DNA of 64,000 nucleotides from Patescibacteria group bacterium (GTDB lineage Bacteria; Patescibacteriota; Kazan-3B-28): NCBI GenBank assembly GCA_041649135.1, contig JBAZNQ010000001.1, positions 99,037 to 163,036 of the forward strand, read 5' to 3'. Shown piece by piece: positions 38,210 to 47,658 of this stretch (position 1 is its first letter; each line of letters starts with the position of its first letter). The notes under the pieces were generated by a model. It saw only the letters and a program-made list of their open reading frames with translations, ran no database searches and was not told where the DNA came from. The position numbers and the translations under genes were made by a program.

Positions 38210-39430
38210 GTGGTGAAAACGATCCAACAACTGATCGAGGCAGAAGCCAAGCGTCAGCAGGAGACCCTGTCTCTGATCGCTTCAGAGAATATTGCCAGCC
38301 GAGCCGTTCGGGAAGCGGTCGGCTCGGTTTTGATGAATAAATACTCCGAAGGCTACCCAAATAAACGTTACTATGGCGGCAATGAGATAGCTGACGAGGT
38401 GGAGGAGCGGGCGATTGAACTAGCCAAAAAACTCTTCCACGCCGAGCATGCTAATGTTCAGCCCTATTCTGGCAGCCCCGCTAATATTGCCACTTACACC
38501 GCACTCGCCAATTTTGGCGACACCATCATGGGCATGAGCCTAGCCCACGGTGGTCATCTCACTCATGGCCATAAAGTCAGTATTAGTGGCAAAGCGTATA
38601 AATTTATCCAATATGGAGTGGATCAAGCTACCGGCTTGCTTAATTACGACGAAATCGAAACGATGGCGAAGATTTTTAAGCCAAAAATTATTGTCTGTGG
38701 CGCGACGGCTTACCCTCGTGAAATTGATTTTGCTCGATTTGCTAAAATCGCCAAACAAGTCGGTGCGTATTTATTGGCCGACATTTCCCATATTGCCGGA
38801 TTAATTGCCGGTGGTGTTCATCCACAGCCTTTCCCACACGCCGATGTCGTAATGACTACGACTCACAAAACTTTGCGCGGCCCCAGAGGTGCTATTATTA
38901 TGTGCAAAAAACCACTTGCCAGTTTAATTGACAAAGCGATTTTCCCCGGCCTTCAGGGTGGTCCGCATGATAATATTACTGCCGCCAAAGCAATCTGTCT
39001 GGAAGAGGCCAGCAAGCCAGAATTCAAAAAGTATGCTCGTCAAATCATCGACAACGCTCACGCTCTTGCCTCTAACTTAACTCAATTCGGCTTCAAGTTA
39101 GTTAGTGGCGGTACTGATACTCATTTAATGTTGGTCGATTTGAACAATAAAAAAATTACCGGCATGGAAGCCGAACAAGCACTAGAGCAAGTGGGGATTA
39201 TCGTTAACAAAAATATGATTCCTGGCGATCTGCGTTCTCCCTTTGACCCTTCTGGCATTAGACTTGGTGTCGCCAACATTACTACTCGTGGTATGACCGA
39301 ACCGGACATGGCGGAGCTGGCATCTATTATCAATGACACTCTTGCCAATCCAACCAGTAAAAGCGTATTATCACAAGCGAAAAAGCGAGTAGTCGAACTG
39401 ACCATAAAATTCCCGATTCCATCGTCATAA
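38210..39430 (+). CDS. glyA: Serine hydroxymethyltransferase
   Basis: LIASEN, NKYSEGYP, TTTHKTLRGPRG, FPGLQGGP, SGIRLG. Confidence 0.98.
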   Translation: MVKTIQQLIEAEAKRQQETLSLIASENIASRAVREAVGSVLMNKYSEGYPNKRYYGGNEIADEVEERAIELAKKLFHAEHANVQPYSGSPANIATYTALANFGDTIMGMSLAHGGHLTHGHKVSISGKAYKFIQYGVDQATGLLNYDEIETMAKIFKPKIIVCGATAYPREIDFARFAKIAKQVGAYLLADISHIAGLIAGGVHPQPFPHADVVMTTTHKTLRGPRGAIIMCKKPLASLIDKAIFPGLQGGPHDNITAAKAICLEEASKPEFKKYARQIIDNAHALASNLTQFGFKLVSGGTDTHLMLVDLNNKKITGMEAEQALEQVGIIVNKNMIPGDLRSPFDPSGIRLGVANITTRGMTEPDMAELASIINDTLANPTSKSVLSQAKKRVVELTIKFPIPSS

Positions 39431-39462
39431 GCCTCCCTGTTCGTCATTCCCGCTCCACTCTT

Positions 39463-39833
39463 CGTCATTCCCGCGTAGGCGGGAATCCAGAAAGAAAAAA
39501 TAACAATCTATGAAATGTCTGCTTATGTCTACATCTTAGCCAATGGCAAAAATGGGACCTTATACACCGGCGTGACAGTACCATTGGTCAAGAGGGTGTA
39601 CGAACACAAGAGCAAATTTATTTCTGGATTCGCTGAACAATACAACGCAACCGACCTAGTCTATTACGAAATATTTGACGATATAGAAAACGCTATTCTT
39701 CGCGAAAAACATATCAAAAAATGGCATCGAGAATGGAAAATTAAATTGATCGAGAAAAATAATCCACAATGGAAAGATCTATACCAAGAAATTTTAGTTT
39801 AATGTCTGGATTCCCGCCTTTGCGGGAATGACG
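39463..39833 (+). mobile_element. Putative mobile unit: GIY-YIG nuclease gene between inverted palindromic repeats
   Basis: CGTCATTCCCGCGTAGGCGGGAATCCAGA ... TCTGGATTCCCGCCTTTGCGGGAATGACG flank the ORF; deleted derivative at 25306. Confidence 0.75.
39515..39802 (+). CDS. Small stand-alone GIY-YIG nuclease
   Basis: YVYILA...TLYTGVT..L.KRVYEHK...LVYYE...AILREK.IKKW.R.WK..LIE..NP.W.DL. Confidence 0.92.
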   Translation: MSAYVYILANGKNGTLYTGVTVPLVKRVYEHKSKFISGFAEQYNATDLVYYEIFDDIENAILREKHIKKWHREWKIKLIEKNNPQWKDLYQEILV

Positions 39834-39840
39834 AACGTAT

Positions 39841-40121
39841 GGCCAAGTGGTGGAATGGTATAGTGCACCCCATAAAATTTTTTGGCTCGGTGGCGGAACT
39901 GGTATACGCGCACGACTCAAAATCGTGTATCCGCAAGGATGTGTGGGTTCGATTCCCACCCGAGCCACCAAAAAATTCAACGGGGCACGCAACGACTTCC
40001 ACCGTCGTTCAATCTCACTCCAACTAGGTCATTTGCCTCTTGGAGTATAGATATCACTTTGGCGGACAGGCGCCATCGTGTGGGGCAACCCTTGAGAGTT
40101 CGAGTCTCTCCTCGGCCACCA
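39841..40121 (+). pseudogene. Fragmented/interrupted tRNA-Leu-like gene enclosing the intact tRNA-Leu(CAA)
   Basis: 5' piece GGCCAAG-TG-GTGGAATGGTATA at 39841; 3' piece TCGTG-TGGGGCAACCC-TT-GAGAGTTCGAGTCTCTC-CTCGGCC-ACCA ending at 40121. Confidence 0.6.
39884..39970 (+). tRNA. tRNA-Leu(CAA)
   Basis: Acceptor GGCTCGG/CCGAGCC-A-CCA, anticodon arm CACGA-CTCAAAA-TCGTG, long variable arm, GGTTCGATTCC. Confidence 0.97.
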
Positions 40122-40254
40122 AGAGCGAGAATCCAACTTGTTTGGATCTTGGCTCTTGGTAGATTAAAAAAGACGAGAAGCAAGGTCCGCCACAATGCAA
40201 TCTATATCGCAAGAGACGAATGATCTATTTGCGATGAGATTAAATGACGGCGGA

Positions 40255-40274
40255 AGTCTCTCCTCGGCCACCAA
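40255..40274 (+). repeat. 20-bp duplication of the tRNA 3' end (att-like)
   Basis: AGTCTCTCCTCGGCCACCAA at 40103-40122 and 40255-40274. Confidence 0.9.
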
Positions 40275-40398
40275 AATAGAAAGTTAGCTCTCAACATAGG
40301 TTATTCTGCTCATCCCTCTTGACAGAGTGGCTTAGTTGTGGTATAAAGAAGAAAGTCGGGTTTTCCCTATACCAATGCTACAATTAATCTATCAATCC

Positions 40399-40833
40399 AT
40401 GATGCAGAAAAAGATTATCTTAATTCTAATCGGCCTTGTAGCAATCGGCGGCTTAAGTGGCTGCGCAGTTACCAATAATTCAAGCTCAACTACTGATAAT
40501 TCGGTTAAGGGTGAACAAACGGTGGTAGTACCAACCGACTCTAGGTGGGAAAATTTGGCTAAGGCTCTCACGGCCGCTGGCGCCAAAATGTATGGTGCCT
40601 ATTGGTGTAGTCATTGTCAGGCGCAAAAAGCAATGTTCGGTTCAGCTTGGCAATCTGCCCCCTACGTTGAATGTTCGCCTAATAAAAACGATCCTTCCGT
40701 ACAATCACCAGCCTGTGTTACTGCCGGTCTTCAGGGATATCCCACTTGGATTTTCGCCGATGGTACTCGGGTAGAACGTGTGATGAGCTTCGATGAACTC
40801 GCCCAAAAGATTGATTATCAACCGTCAACTTAA
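40399..40833 (+). CDS. Thioredoxin-like lipoprotein (VKOR-partner type)
   Basis: Lipobox LSGC; YGAYWCSHC..QK..FG; YVEC; GYPTW. Confidence 0.85.
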   Translation: MMQKKIILILIGLVAIGGLSGCAVTNNSSSTTDNSVKGEQTVVVPTDSRWENLAKALTAAGAKMYGAYWCSHCQAQKAMFGSAWQSAPYVECSPNKNDPSVQSPACVTAGLQGYPTWIFADGTRVERVMSFDELAQKIDYQPST

Positions 40834-40919
40834 ATTGTCTTGTTAGAAATTTATAAAACCTATGGTTTGTTCAAAGGTTCAAATTAGTACTTGCTACACC
40901 AACCCAAATTTCTCATAGG

Positions 40920-41255
40920 ATGACAGACAATATTTTATTAACCCCACTCCGTGAATTTGCTAGATTTATTGTTTGGTGGGTGATGACGATGCCGAGCCGG
41001 TTATGGAAAATTGGTTGGGGGTTTTTGTTGACTGCGGAAGATAATCTTCGGCTCTTTAGTAATATCCGACTCTGGTTTGCGTTAGAGCCATTGTTCGGCG
41101 ATTACGGCTGGAAGGGGCGGCTGATTGGTTTTATTTTCCGTGGTATGAGGATTATCGTTACTGCGGCGCTGTATCTTGGTCTGCTCGGACTAGCAATTAG
41201 CTTATTGATTGCTTGGTACCTTCTGCCGATTTTATCATTCAGGTCATTTTTCTAA
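40920..41255 (+). CDS. Membrane protein abutting the Clp ATPase gene
   Basis: EPLFGDY..GRLIGF..R plus TM; stop adjacent to the next ATG. Confidence 0.7.
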   Translation: MTDNILLTPLREFARFIVWWVMTMPSRLWKIGWGFLLTAEDNLRLFSNIRLWFALEPLFGDYGWKGRLIGFIFRGMRIIVTAALYLGLLGLAISLLIAWYLLPILSFRSFF

Positions 41256-43697
41256 ATGGGAGAATCATTTTCAAACCAGCAAATTAAATTGCCATCCCGT
41301 GGTTGGTTGTTTTGGCTGACTTCCAGCCGATTAGCTTGGCAATGGCTGATGTTGGTGTTGGGGTTATCACTTATTTGGTCGTCAGTTGGCCAATGGTTGG
41401 ATAATTCTGTTGCTACTGATCCGCGACTTGGTATTTTAATTTTGATGTGGATTATCTGGCTGTATTGGAATGACCGACTCAAAGGGGTTAAACCTCATCT
41501 CTATCCCAATTTAGACTTTGGTAATTACTTTAGTTTTTATGGTCGGCAAATCTTTTGGGGTGCTGTTCGCCGGTTTTATGCCAGTCATGCTGCTACGATG
41601 ACATCTCAACATCTATTGGACGCTGTCTTGACCCATCAAGGCACTCGATTGACTTTGATTCGTCTTCAATTAACTACTGACGATATTCACCAAGCTACCG
41701 TTGTAGAATCTCTTCCCCTGACCGACATTTTGGCCAAAGCGACCGAATTTGCCGTAGCGGAACATTCCCATGTCTCGTGGGATGACTTGTTAAAGAGTTT
41801 GCTCACAGTCTCCCCCGGATTAAAACAACTGCTGGCGGACTACAAAATTACTACCGATGAAGCCATCGCCGTTGTGAATTGGAGCCGTGGTGATGTGTAT
41901 CATCATCCTACCAGCGCGGGGCGAACTCTCTTCCGTGATTTATTTGGTCCACGGCGCAATCTCAATAAAACTTGGACTGCCCGTCCCACTCCAGTTTTAG
42001 ATCGCTTCAGCCAAAATTTAACTGACTTGGCTCGGGTTGGTTTATTAACCTCTGCCAAAATCCGTACTCAAGAAGTTGATGAAGCGATTCGGGTGTTGTC
42101 TCGTAGTTCCGGCAATAATTTAATCTTGGTGGGCGAAGCAGGAGTCGGCAAAACTTCCATTGTTGGCGATATCGCTCTAAAAATGATTCAGGGACAAATT
42201 ACCGCACTAGATGATTACAAATTAATTGCGCTGGATATTGGCGCAATGATTGCCTTCGGTACTTTTGATAAAGTTTTCTCCTCCGCTCTCAATGAAGCTA
42301 GTTCGTCGGGCAACACGATTTTATTTATTGGTAATCTTGACCAATTTGGCAAAGCCAGTACTAGCGAAGGTTTTGATGTATCAGCCATTTTGTTAAGCGC
42401 GTTAGACAAACCCGGTCTGCAGATTATTGGTACGTCTGATCCGTTAAATTACAAAAAATATATTGAAAATAACTCTAACCTAGTTCAAAAATTCACTCGG
42501 GTGAATATTCCCGAGCTCGATACCAGTCGGGCGATTTTAGTGTTAGAAGATTTAAGCGACCAAATTGAAAATCGCCAGCGGGTCTTGATTACCCTTGCGG
42601 CAGTTAAAGCGGCAGTTATTCTTTCTCAACGTTTAATTCATCAGGGACAATTGCCAGACAAAGCAGTTGATCTTTTGGACGAAGCCGCCGTTTATACCGC
42701 CCGTCAAGGACGTCAATTGGTCGGTGCCAATGACGTCGAAGCAGTTATCAGTACCAAGACTAACGTGCCAGTTGGCGAGATTGATACTTCCGAACGTGAA
42801 AAGCTGGTGAATTTGTCAGACCAAATTCACACCCGGATGATTGGTCAGGACGAAGCGGTCAATGCTGTTAGTGAAGCCCTCAAACGTGCCCGCTTAAATG
42901 TTTCCGCCAATACCAAACGCCCGATCGGGACATTCCTGTTCCTTGGCCCCACTGGTGTTGGTAAAACCGAATTAGCCAAAAGCTTAGCTTGGGCATATTT
43001 TGGCGACGACACCAAAATGATTCGGTTGGATATGAGCGAATATCAAACTGCGGACTCAATTAATCGGTTATTGGGTGCACCCGCGACATCCGGCGATATT
43101 GCTTTATCCGGCGGCAAATTCACGGAAAGCGTCAAAGCAATGCCATTCGCGGTAGTTTTGTTAGACGAAATTGAAAAAGCTCACCCCGATATTCTAAATG
43201 TTTTCTTGCAGGTTTTAGACGAAGGCCGATTGACTGATAATCTTGGCAATATGGTTGATTTTACGCATACAATTATCATTGCTACCAGCAATGCCCAAGC
43301 CCGATTTATCGAGGAAGCTATTCGCTCCAATCAGCCTTATACTGATATTCAGGAGCAGATGCGAGGGCTGCTGGTCCAAGAAAGTTTTAAACCAGAATTT
43401 ATCAACCGATTTGACGGCGTGATCATCTTTAAACCTCTTACTCCCGAACAGATCTTTGCCATTGCTCAACTTAAACTTAAAAAACTCCAACAATTCTTGT
43501 CTGCCAACAAAGGTTTAGAGTTAATCGTTGATGACGTCGCCCTTCACAAATTGGCCGATCGTGGCTATGATCCGGCATTTGGTGCTCGACCGTTGGAACG
43601 GTTAATCCGTGACCAAATCGAAACCAAAGTTGCCAATGCATTGCTGGCAAATCCGAGCCTAAAAGAACTGACCATCACCCCTGCCGACATTTTATAA
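41256..43697 (+). CDS. ClpA/ClpB-family AAA+ ATPase with N-terminal TM segments
   Basis: GEAGVGKT, PDKAVDLLDEA, IGQDEAV, GPTGVGKTE, RLDMSEY, LLDEIEKAHP, FGARPL. Confidence 0.92.
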   Translation: MGESFSNQQIKLPSRGWLFWLTSSRLAWQWLMLVLGLSLIWSSVGQWLDNSVATDPRLGILILMWIIWLYWNDRLKGVKPHLYPNLDFGNYFSFYGRQIFWGAVRRFYASHAATMTSQHLLDAVLTHQGTRLTLIRLQLTTDDIHQATVVESLPLTDILAKATEFAVAEHSHVSWDDLLKSLLTVSPGLKQLLADYKITTDEAIAVVNWSRGDVYHHPTSAGRTLFRDLFGPRRNLNKTWTARPTPVLDRFSQNLTDLARVGLLTSAKIRTQEVDEAIRVLSRSSGNNLILVGEAGVGKTSIVGDIALKMIQGQITALDDYKLIALDIGAMIAFGTFDKVFSSALNEASSSGNTILFIGNLDQFGKASTSEGFDVSAILLSALDKPGLQIIGTSDPLNYKKYIENNSNLVQKFTRVNIPELDTSRAILVLEDLSDQIENRQRVLITLAAVKAAVILSQRLIHQGQLPDKAVDLLDEAAVYTARQGRQLVGANDVEAVISTKTNVPVGEIDTSEREKLVNLSDQIHTRMIGQDEAVNAVSEALKRARLNVSANTKRPIGTFLFLGPTGVGKTELAKSLAWAYFGDDTKMIRLDMSEYQTADSINRLLGAPATSGDIALSGGKFTESVKAMPFAVVLLDEIEKAHPDILNVFLQVLDEGRLTDNLGNMVDFTHTIIIATSNAQARFIEEAIRSNQPYTDIQEQMRGLLVQESFKPEFINRFDGVIIFKPLTPEQIFAIAQLKLKKLQQFLSANKGLELIVDDVALHKLADRGYDPAFGARPLERLIRDQIETKVANALLANPSLKELTITPADIL

Positions 43698-43784
43698 TCT
43701 CCTTCGTTATTGCTTAATTGCTCAATTGGCGAATTGTCGAATTCCCATCTCTCTCCTCTCTATTCACCATTCACCATTCACCTT

Positions 43785-44582
43785 ATGTACACCTTACCCA
43801 ATCAACCACAACCTAATTGGTTCCAGCCGACTATGCCACCAGTTCGTTACCGCCGGCGAAATTGGTTTATTGAAGTATTGAAATTTTTGGGTTTGTTTAT
43901 TTTCTTTTTTGCTGGTCTCGTGCTGATCGTGATGGGCCCAACCTATTATGCTAAACTGGCGTATCTCTGGACCAAACCAACTAATAACTATTCACAAAAA
44001 TATGAATTGCCAGTTTCAGTAACCGACGATCCAGCGGCAATTGGAGATTTGACCGACCAAGTCAGTAAAAGTAAATCTGCCTTTGGTCAAGATACTATTG
44101 TGATCCCTAAAATCAACGTCGATGCGCCGCTACTTTATTTAGAAACTACGAACAACACAGACATTATCGAAGCCATTCAGAACGGTGTCGGTCATTATCA
44201 GGGGACCGCTCTCCCCGGTCAAAATGGCAATGTTTTCTTAACTGGTCACAGCTCTTATTACTGGTGGTCGGGCGGCAAATACAATCAAGTTTTTGCCTTA
44301 CTCAACAAACTCGAAGCAGGGGATTTGATCTACCTCTACTATCAGGGCAACAAATATATTTATCGAGTTAGCCAGAGCTTTGTTGTTAAACCAGAGCAAG
44401 TCGAAGTCCTGCAGGCCACTACTGAACCAATTTTAACTCTCATGACTTGCACTCCAGTTGGCACCAATCTTAAGCGTCTGATTGTTCGGGCAGACTTAAT
44501 TAGCCAACCACCAGTTAGTGGTAGTGACTTTTCTAACCTATTCAATTTGCCCAAGCCGCCAACCATCCTGCCGCTGTACTAG
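43785..44582 (+). CDS. Sortase
   Basis: N-terminal TM; GVGHY, GNVFLTGHSS (His), LTLMTCTP (Cys), RLIVRA (Arg). Confidence 0.92.
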   Translation: MYTLPNQPQPNWFQPTMPPVRYRRRNWFIEVLKFLGLFIFFFAGLVLIVMGPTYYAKLAYLWTKPTNNYSQKYELPVSVTDDPAAIGDLTDQVSKSKSAFGQDTIVIPKINVDAPLLYLETTNNTDIIEAIQNGVGHYQGTALPGQNGNVFLTGHSSYYWWSGGKYNQVFALLNKLEAGDLIYLYYQGNKYIYRVSQSFVVKPEQVEVLQATTEPILTLMTCTPVGTNLKRLIVRADLISQPPVSGSDFSNLFNLPKPPTILPLY

Positions 44583-44680
44583 GAGAAAAATCTCATCAAT
44601 CTAACCAAAAAGGAAGTGGAGAGGAGGATGGAAATTCGACAATTCGCCAGAATGACGAGCTTTTTATTTTTATCTTTGCC

Positions 44681-44747
44681 CCTAGCTACTAGCTACTAGC
44701 TACTAGATACTAGATACTAGATACTGACTGTACTAGATACTAGATAC
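44681..44747. repeat. Heptamer tandem repeat (CTAGCTA/CTAGATA)n
   Basis: Seen directly; overlaps the 3' end of the PEGA gene. Confidence 0.9.
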
Positions 44748-46147
44748 TGTCCAAGCCCGCCAAAGATATTGGAATCATTCTGACGCAAAATTAGTTCAAC
44801 CAATTTGTTGGCTTTTAACAGCCAGATTTTTTTCGCATCACTTCCAAGGTAAACTGTAGTTTTGTTAACATCAGCTACTGTATAAACATTTGTTCCGCTA
44901 ACGTCGCTAACGTTAAGTTGATTATTAGTAGTTAAAAACAAGCTTTCATCTTGTTTGCCTAGCAATTCAACTGCGGCGGGGAAATTTTTTAGTGTCATTT
45001 CAGTTTGATTAACGAAATTATGGCTCATTAAATTCCGACCAACCGTATAAAACAATCTTGGTTTCAAATTATGATGTTCGTAGTAAACGTCACCGATATT
45101 GCTAGCTACTTTTGTCCAAATCGGAACTTCGTTTTTTCCAACAACAGTTTTATCCCACAACCACAACCCCGCTGTGCTGTTTTTAGCCGTTACGATAATT
45201 CTCTCGTCATTCACAAAGACGATTTCGTAGCTTTTTCCGACCGGCAAATCGTTAGTTACCGCTTCTCCCGCTTTGTCATCAAACAAATTACTGTCTCGCA
45301 TCAGCGAAATACTTCCGTTACTGTTACGAATAATGTAGTACAACCGACTATTACTATAAGACGCCCCTAAAATATTTTTAGCGTAAAGGTTTATTCGGTT
45401 GAGATTCAGATCAACTGCATATACTGTCGTCCCCATTACTGCCATTAGTCGATCATTGTCTAACCAGCTTAATTTTTCTGCCGTTGCTTGATTCAGGGGG
45501 CTACCAAATAACTGCCCTCGATAACCTTCTTGAAAATCGGCTACCACTAACCATTTTCTTCCCCCTGAAATCACTCCCAACGCCCAAGTATTGCCATCCG
45601 ACTTTTTGGCCAAATACACGTCAGTCGTTGCCTGCAACACACTTTTTACATTGGCTGGTAATCGGCTAAAGTCCAGCGGCGTCGCTGTACCGTTAGCGTA
45701 TTTGATAAATTTTCGGTCTTTCGAAAAATATAATAAATCGTTTCCCACGCTAATTACTCGCTGGGCATCCTCTACCAAAATTTGACTCGGAATATCGGTC
45801 AGCACCAAATCCAAGTTGTGTTCTTCTACCACTTGTCTTGATGCCACGTCTATGGTTTTAAAAAACGGCCGATAATCCTTCAGCTCCAATTTGATATTAT
45901 ATGCCCCCGGCAGAACATTGCGCATTGTAATTGGGGTCAGCCGGGAGGTTTTATGATCATTAATGTATACCGTTGCTCCGCTTGGTTTACTGCTGATTGC
46001 CAACACACCAGTCTTCTGGATCGTCCAAGTCGCCAAATCCAGCCGATAGCCGGTCGCGTATCCTATGGCATAGACTGCCACCACGATGAAAACCAACGTG
46101 GACAGCACATAAGCCAGCAGTGTCGGCCAATTTTTCTGATAGGTCAT
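44717..46147 (-). CDS. PEGA-domain membrane-anchored protein with beta-propeller-like C-terminus
   Basis: TM, YATGYR, TGVLAISSKPSGATVYIN...TP...LPGAYNIKLE. Confidence 0.85.
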   Translation of the reverse strand: MTYQKNWPTLLAYVLSTLVFIVVAVYAIGYATGYRLDLATWTIQKTGVLAISSKPSGATVYINDHKTSRLTPITMRNVLPGAYNIKLELKDYRPFFKTIDVASRQVVEEHNLDLVLTDIPSQILVEDAQRVISVGNDLLYFSKDRKFIKYANGTATPLDFSRLPANVKSVLQATTDVYLAKKSDGNTWALGVISGGRKWLVVADFQEGYRGQLFGSPLNQATAEKLSWLDNDRLMAVMGTTVYAVDLNLNRINLYAKNILGASYSNSRLYYIIRNSNGSISLMRDSNLFDDKAGEAVTNDLPVGKSYEIVFVNDERIIVTAKNSTAGLWLWDKTVVGKNEVPIWTKVASNIGDVYYEHHNLKPRLFYTVGRNLMSHNFVNQTEMTLKNFPAAVELLGKQDESLFLTTNNQLNVSDVSGTNVYTVADVNKTTVYLGSDAKKIWLLKANKLVELILRQNDSNIFGGLGQYLVSSTVSI

Positions 46148-46362
46148 ATCGTTTACAATAAGAGGTGCCGGGGGGATGCTGAAGTATCGGTTGCCGCCGG
46201 TCTGTAAATATCATAATCTAACCTGTGAGATTAGCCCAGATTAGACCTCATGCCACAGGCTATCAGGGGAGATTCGTTCCGTTAGAAGTTTAGAAAGAAA
46301 ATAGTATGTCATTTTCAAGCACAAAAACCACATCCGACGATCTTGTCCAACCTTCCAACGGG

Positions 46363-47430
46363 ATGAAGATCGGGATTGATGCTACTGCTCTGACCCACCT
46401 CCAACCAACTGGTGTTGAAGTCGCTACTCGAGAACTGATTCGGGCACTTTTGACGTTAGATCAGACAAACCAGTACTATCTTTACACTCCCACCCCTCTG
46501 GATCGGTCTTGGCAGATGTTCGCCAATGTCTCCAATCGGGTTTTACCACCAACTCGTCGATGGCTCTTATCTCAACTCGGTCCCGCTATTCACCAAGATC
46601 GATTGGATCTTTTTTGGTCACCCAGCAATCTATTGCCTTTTAAACTGCCTGCCAGACGTCTTGCTACTGTCCATGATTTGGCGTTTTTCCACTTTCCCCA
46701 AGCTTATTCGTGGCGCAGTTGGTTAATGTCATGGTTAACGGTTTGGCGAGCGACTAAATTAGCCACCAAAATTATTGCTGTCAGCCATCACACTAAACAG
46801 GATTTAATTCAAAAATTTCATTTGCCAGACCATCGCGTAGTAGTTGTCCCTAATGCCTTGCCGCAATCTCCAACGGTTACTGTCACCCCATTAATTTTAG
46901 ATGACTATATTTTGGTAGTTGGTCGGGTGGAAACACGCAAAAATCCTCTCGCCGCCATCAAAGCTTTTGCCTTAATTGCCGCTGATTATCCCAAACTCCA
47001 ACTAATTTTTGCTGGCGGTGATGGTTTGGGAGCTACGTCAGCCAAACAATTAGCTGACACTCTCGGATTATCGCATCGAATTCAGTTTTTGGGTTTTGTT
47101 GATGGAGAAACCTTGGCCAACTTGTATGCCCATGCTCGCATCGCTCTCTTCCCAACACTTTATGAGGGTTTCGGTCTGCCAGTACTGGAAGCCTTCCAAT
47201 ATGGAGTTCCTTTGGTTGCCTCTGATACTCCAGCCGTTGCTGAAGTGGCTGGTGATGCCGCTCTATTAGTCGAACCAACTGATACTTTGGCGATTGGTCG
47301 TGCTTTGATTAGACTGTTAGAAGAACCAGAATTAAGAACCACCTTAATTGAAAAGGGGACTTTGCGTCTACGCCAATATTCATGGGAACGATCAGCCGAA
47401 GAACTGTTGGCAGTAATTAACTCCTTGTAA
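46363..47430 (+). CDS. Glycosyltransferase family 4
   Basis: TVHDL, VGRVETRKN, YEGFGLPVLEA. Confidence 0.92.
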   Translation: MKIGIDATALTHLQPTGVEVATRELIRALLTLDQTNQYYLYTPTPLDRSWQMFANVSNRVLPPTRRWLLSQLGPAIHQDRLDLFWSPSNLLPFKLPARRLATVHDLAFFHFPQAYSWRSWLMSWLTVWRATKLATKIIAVSHHTKQDLIQKFHLPDHRVVVVPNALPQSPTVTVTPLILDDYILVVGRVETRKNPLAAIKAFALIAADYPKLQLIFAGGDGLGATSAKQLADTLGLSHRIQFLGFVDGETLANLYAHARIALFPTLYEGFGLPVLEAFQYGVPLVASDTPAVAEVAGDAALLVEPTDTLAIGRALIRLLEEPELRTTLIEKGTLRLRQYSWERSAEELLAVINSL

Positions 47431-47501
47431 TATTTATTTGTCTAGTCATCCGCCAGCTAATGAATCCTTTCTCTCTTCTGCCATCCCACGTCCTTCCTTT
47501 T

Positions 47502-47597
47502 TGTCATCCTGAACTTGATTCAGGATCCAGCCAGAAACAACAAACAAAACTCTTTTTCTTTTCTTGTCTAGATTCCGGGTCAAGCCCGGAATGACAA
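47502..47597. repeat. REPIN-like inverted palindrome pair
   Basis: TGTCATCCTGAACTTGATTCAGGATCCA ... TAGATTCCGGGTCAAGCCCGGAATGACA. Confidence 0.85.
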
Positions 47598-47658
47598 AAT
47601 AAATAACCACGCCGAAGACGCCACCAAAACTGTTCACCTTTAACGATTAACTTGTCTT

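Noticed and set aside
39971-40075. Group I intron in the outer tRNA
   Set aside because: Too short, with no recognisable P7/J8-7 core or terminal G at a plausible splice site.
39741-40223. Several short ORFs over the tRNA region
   Set aside because: They overlap tRNA and repeat sequence and have no coding signals.
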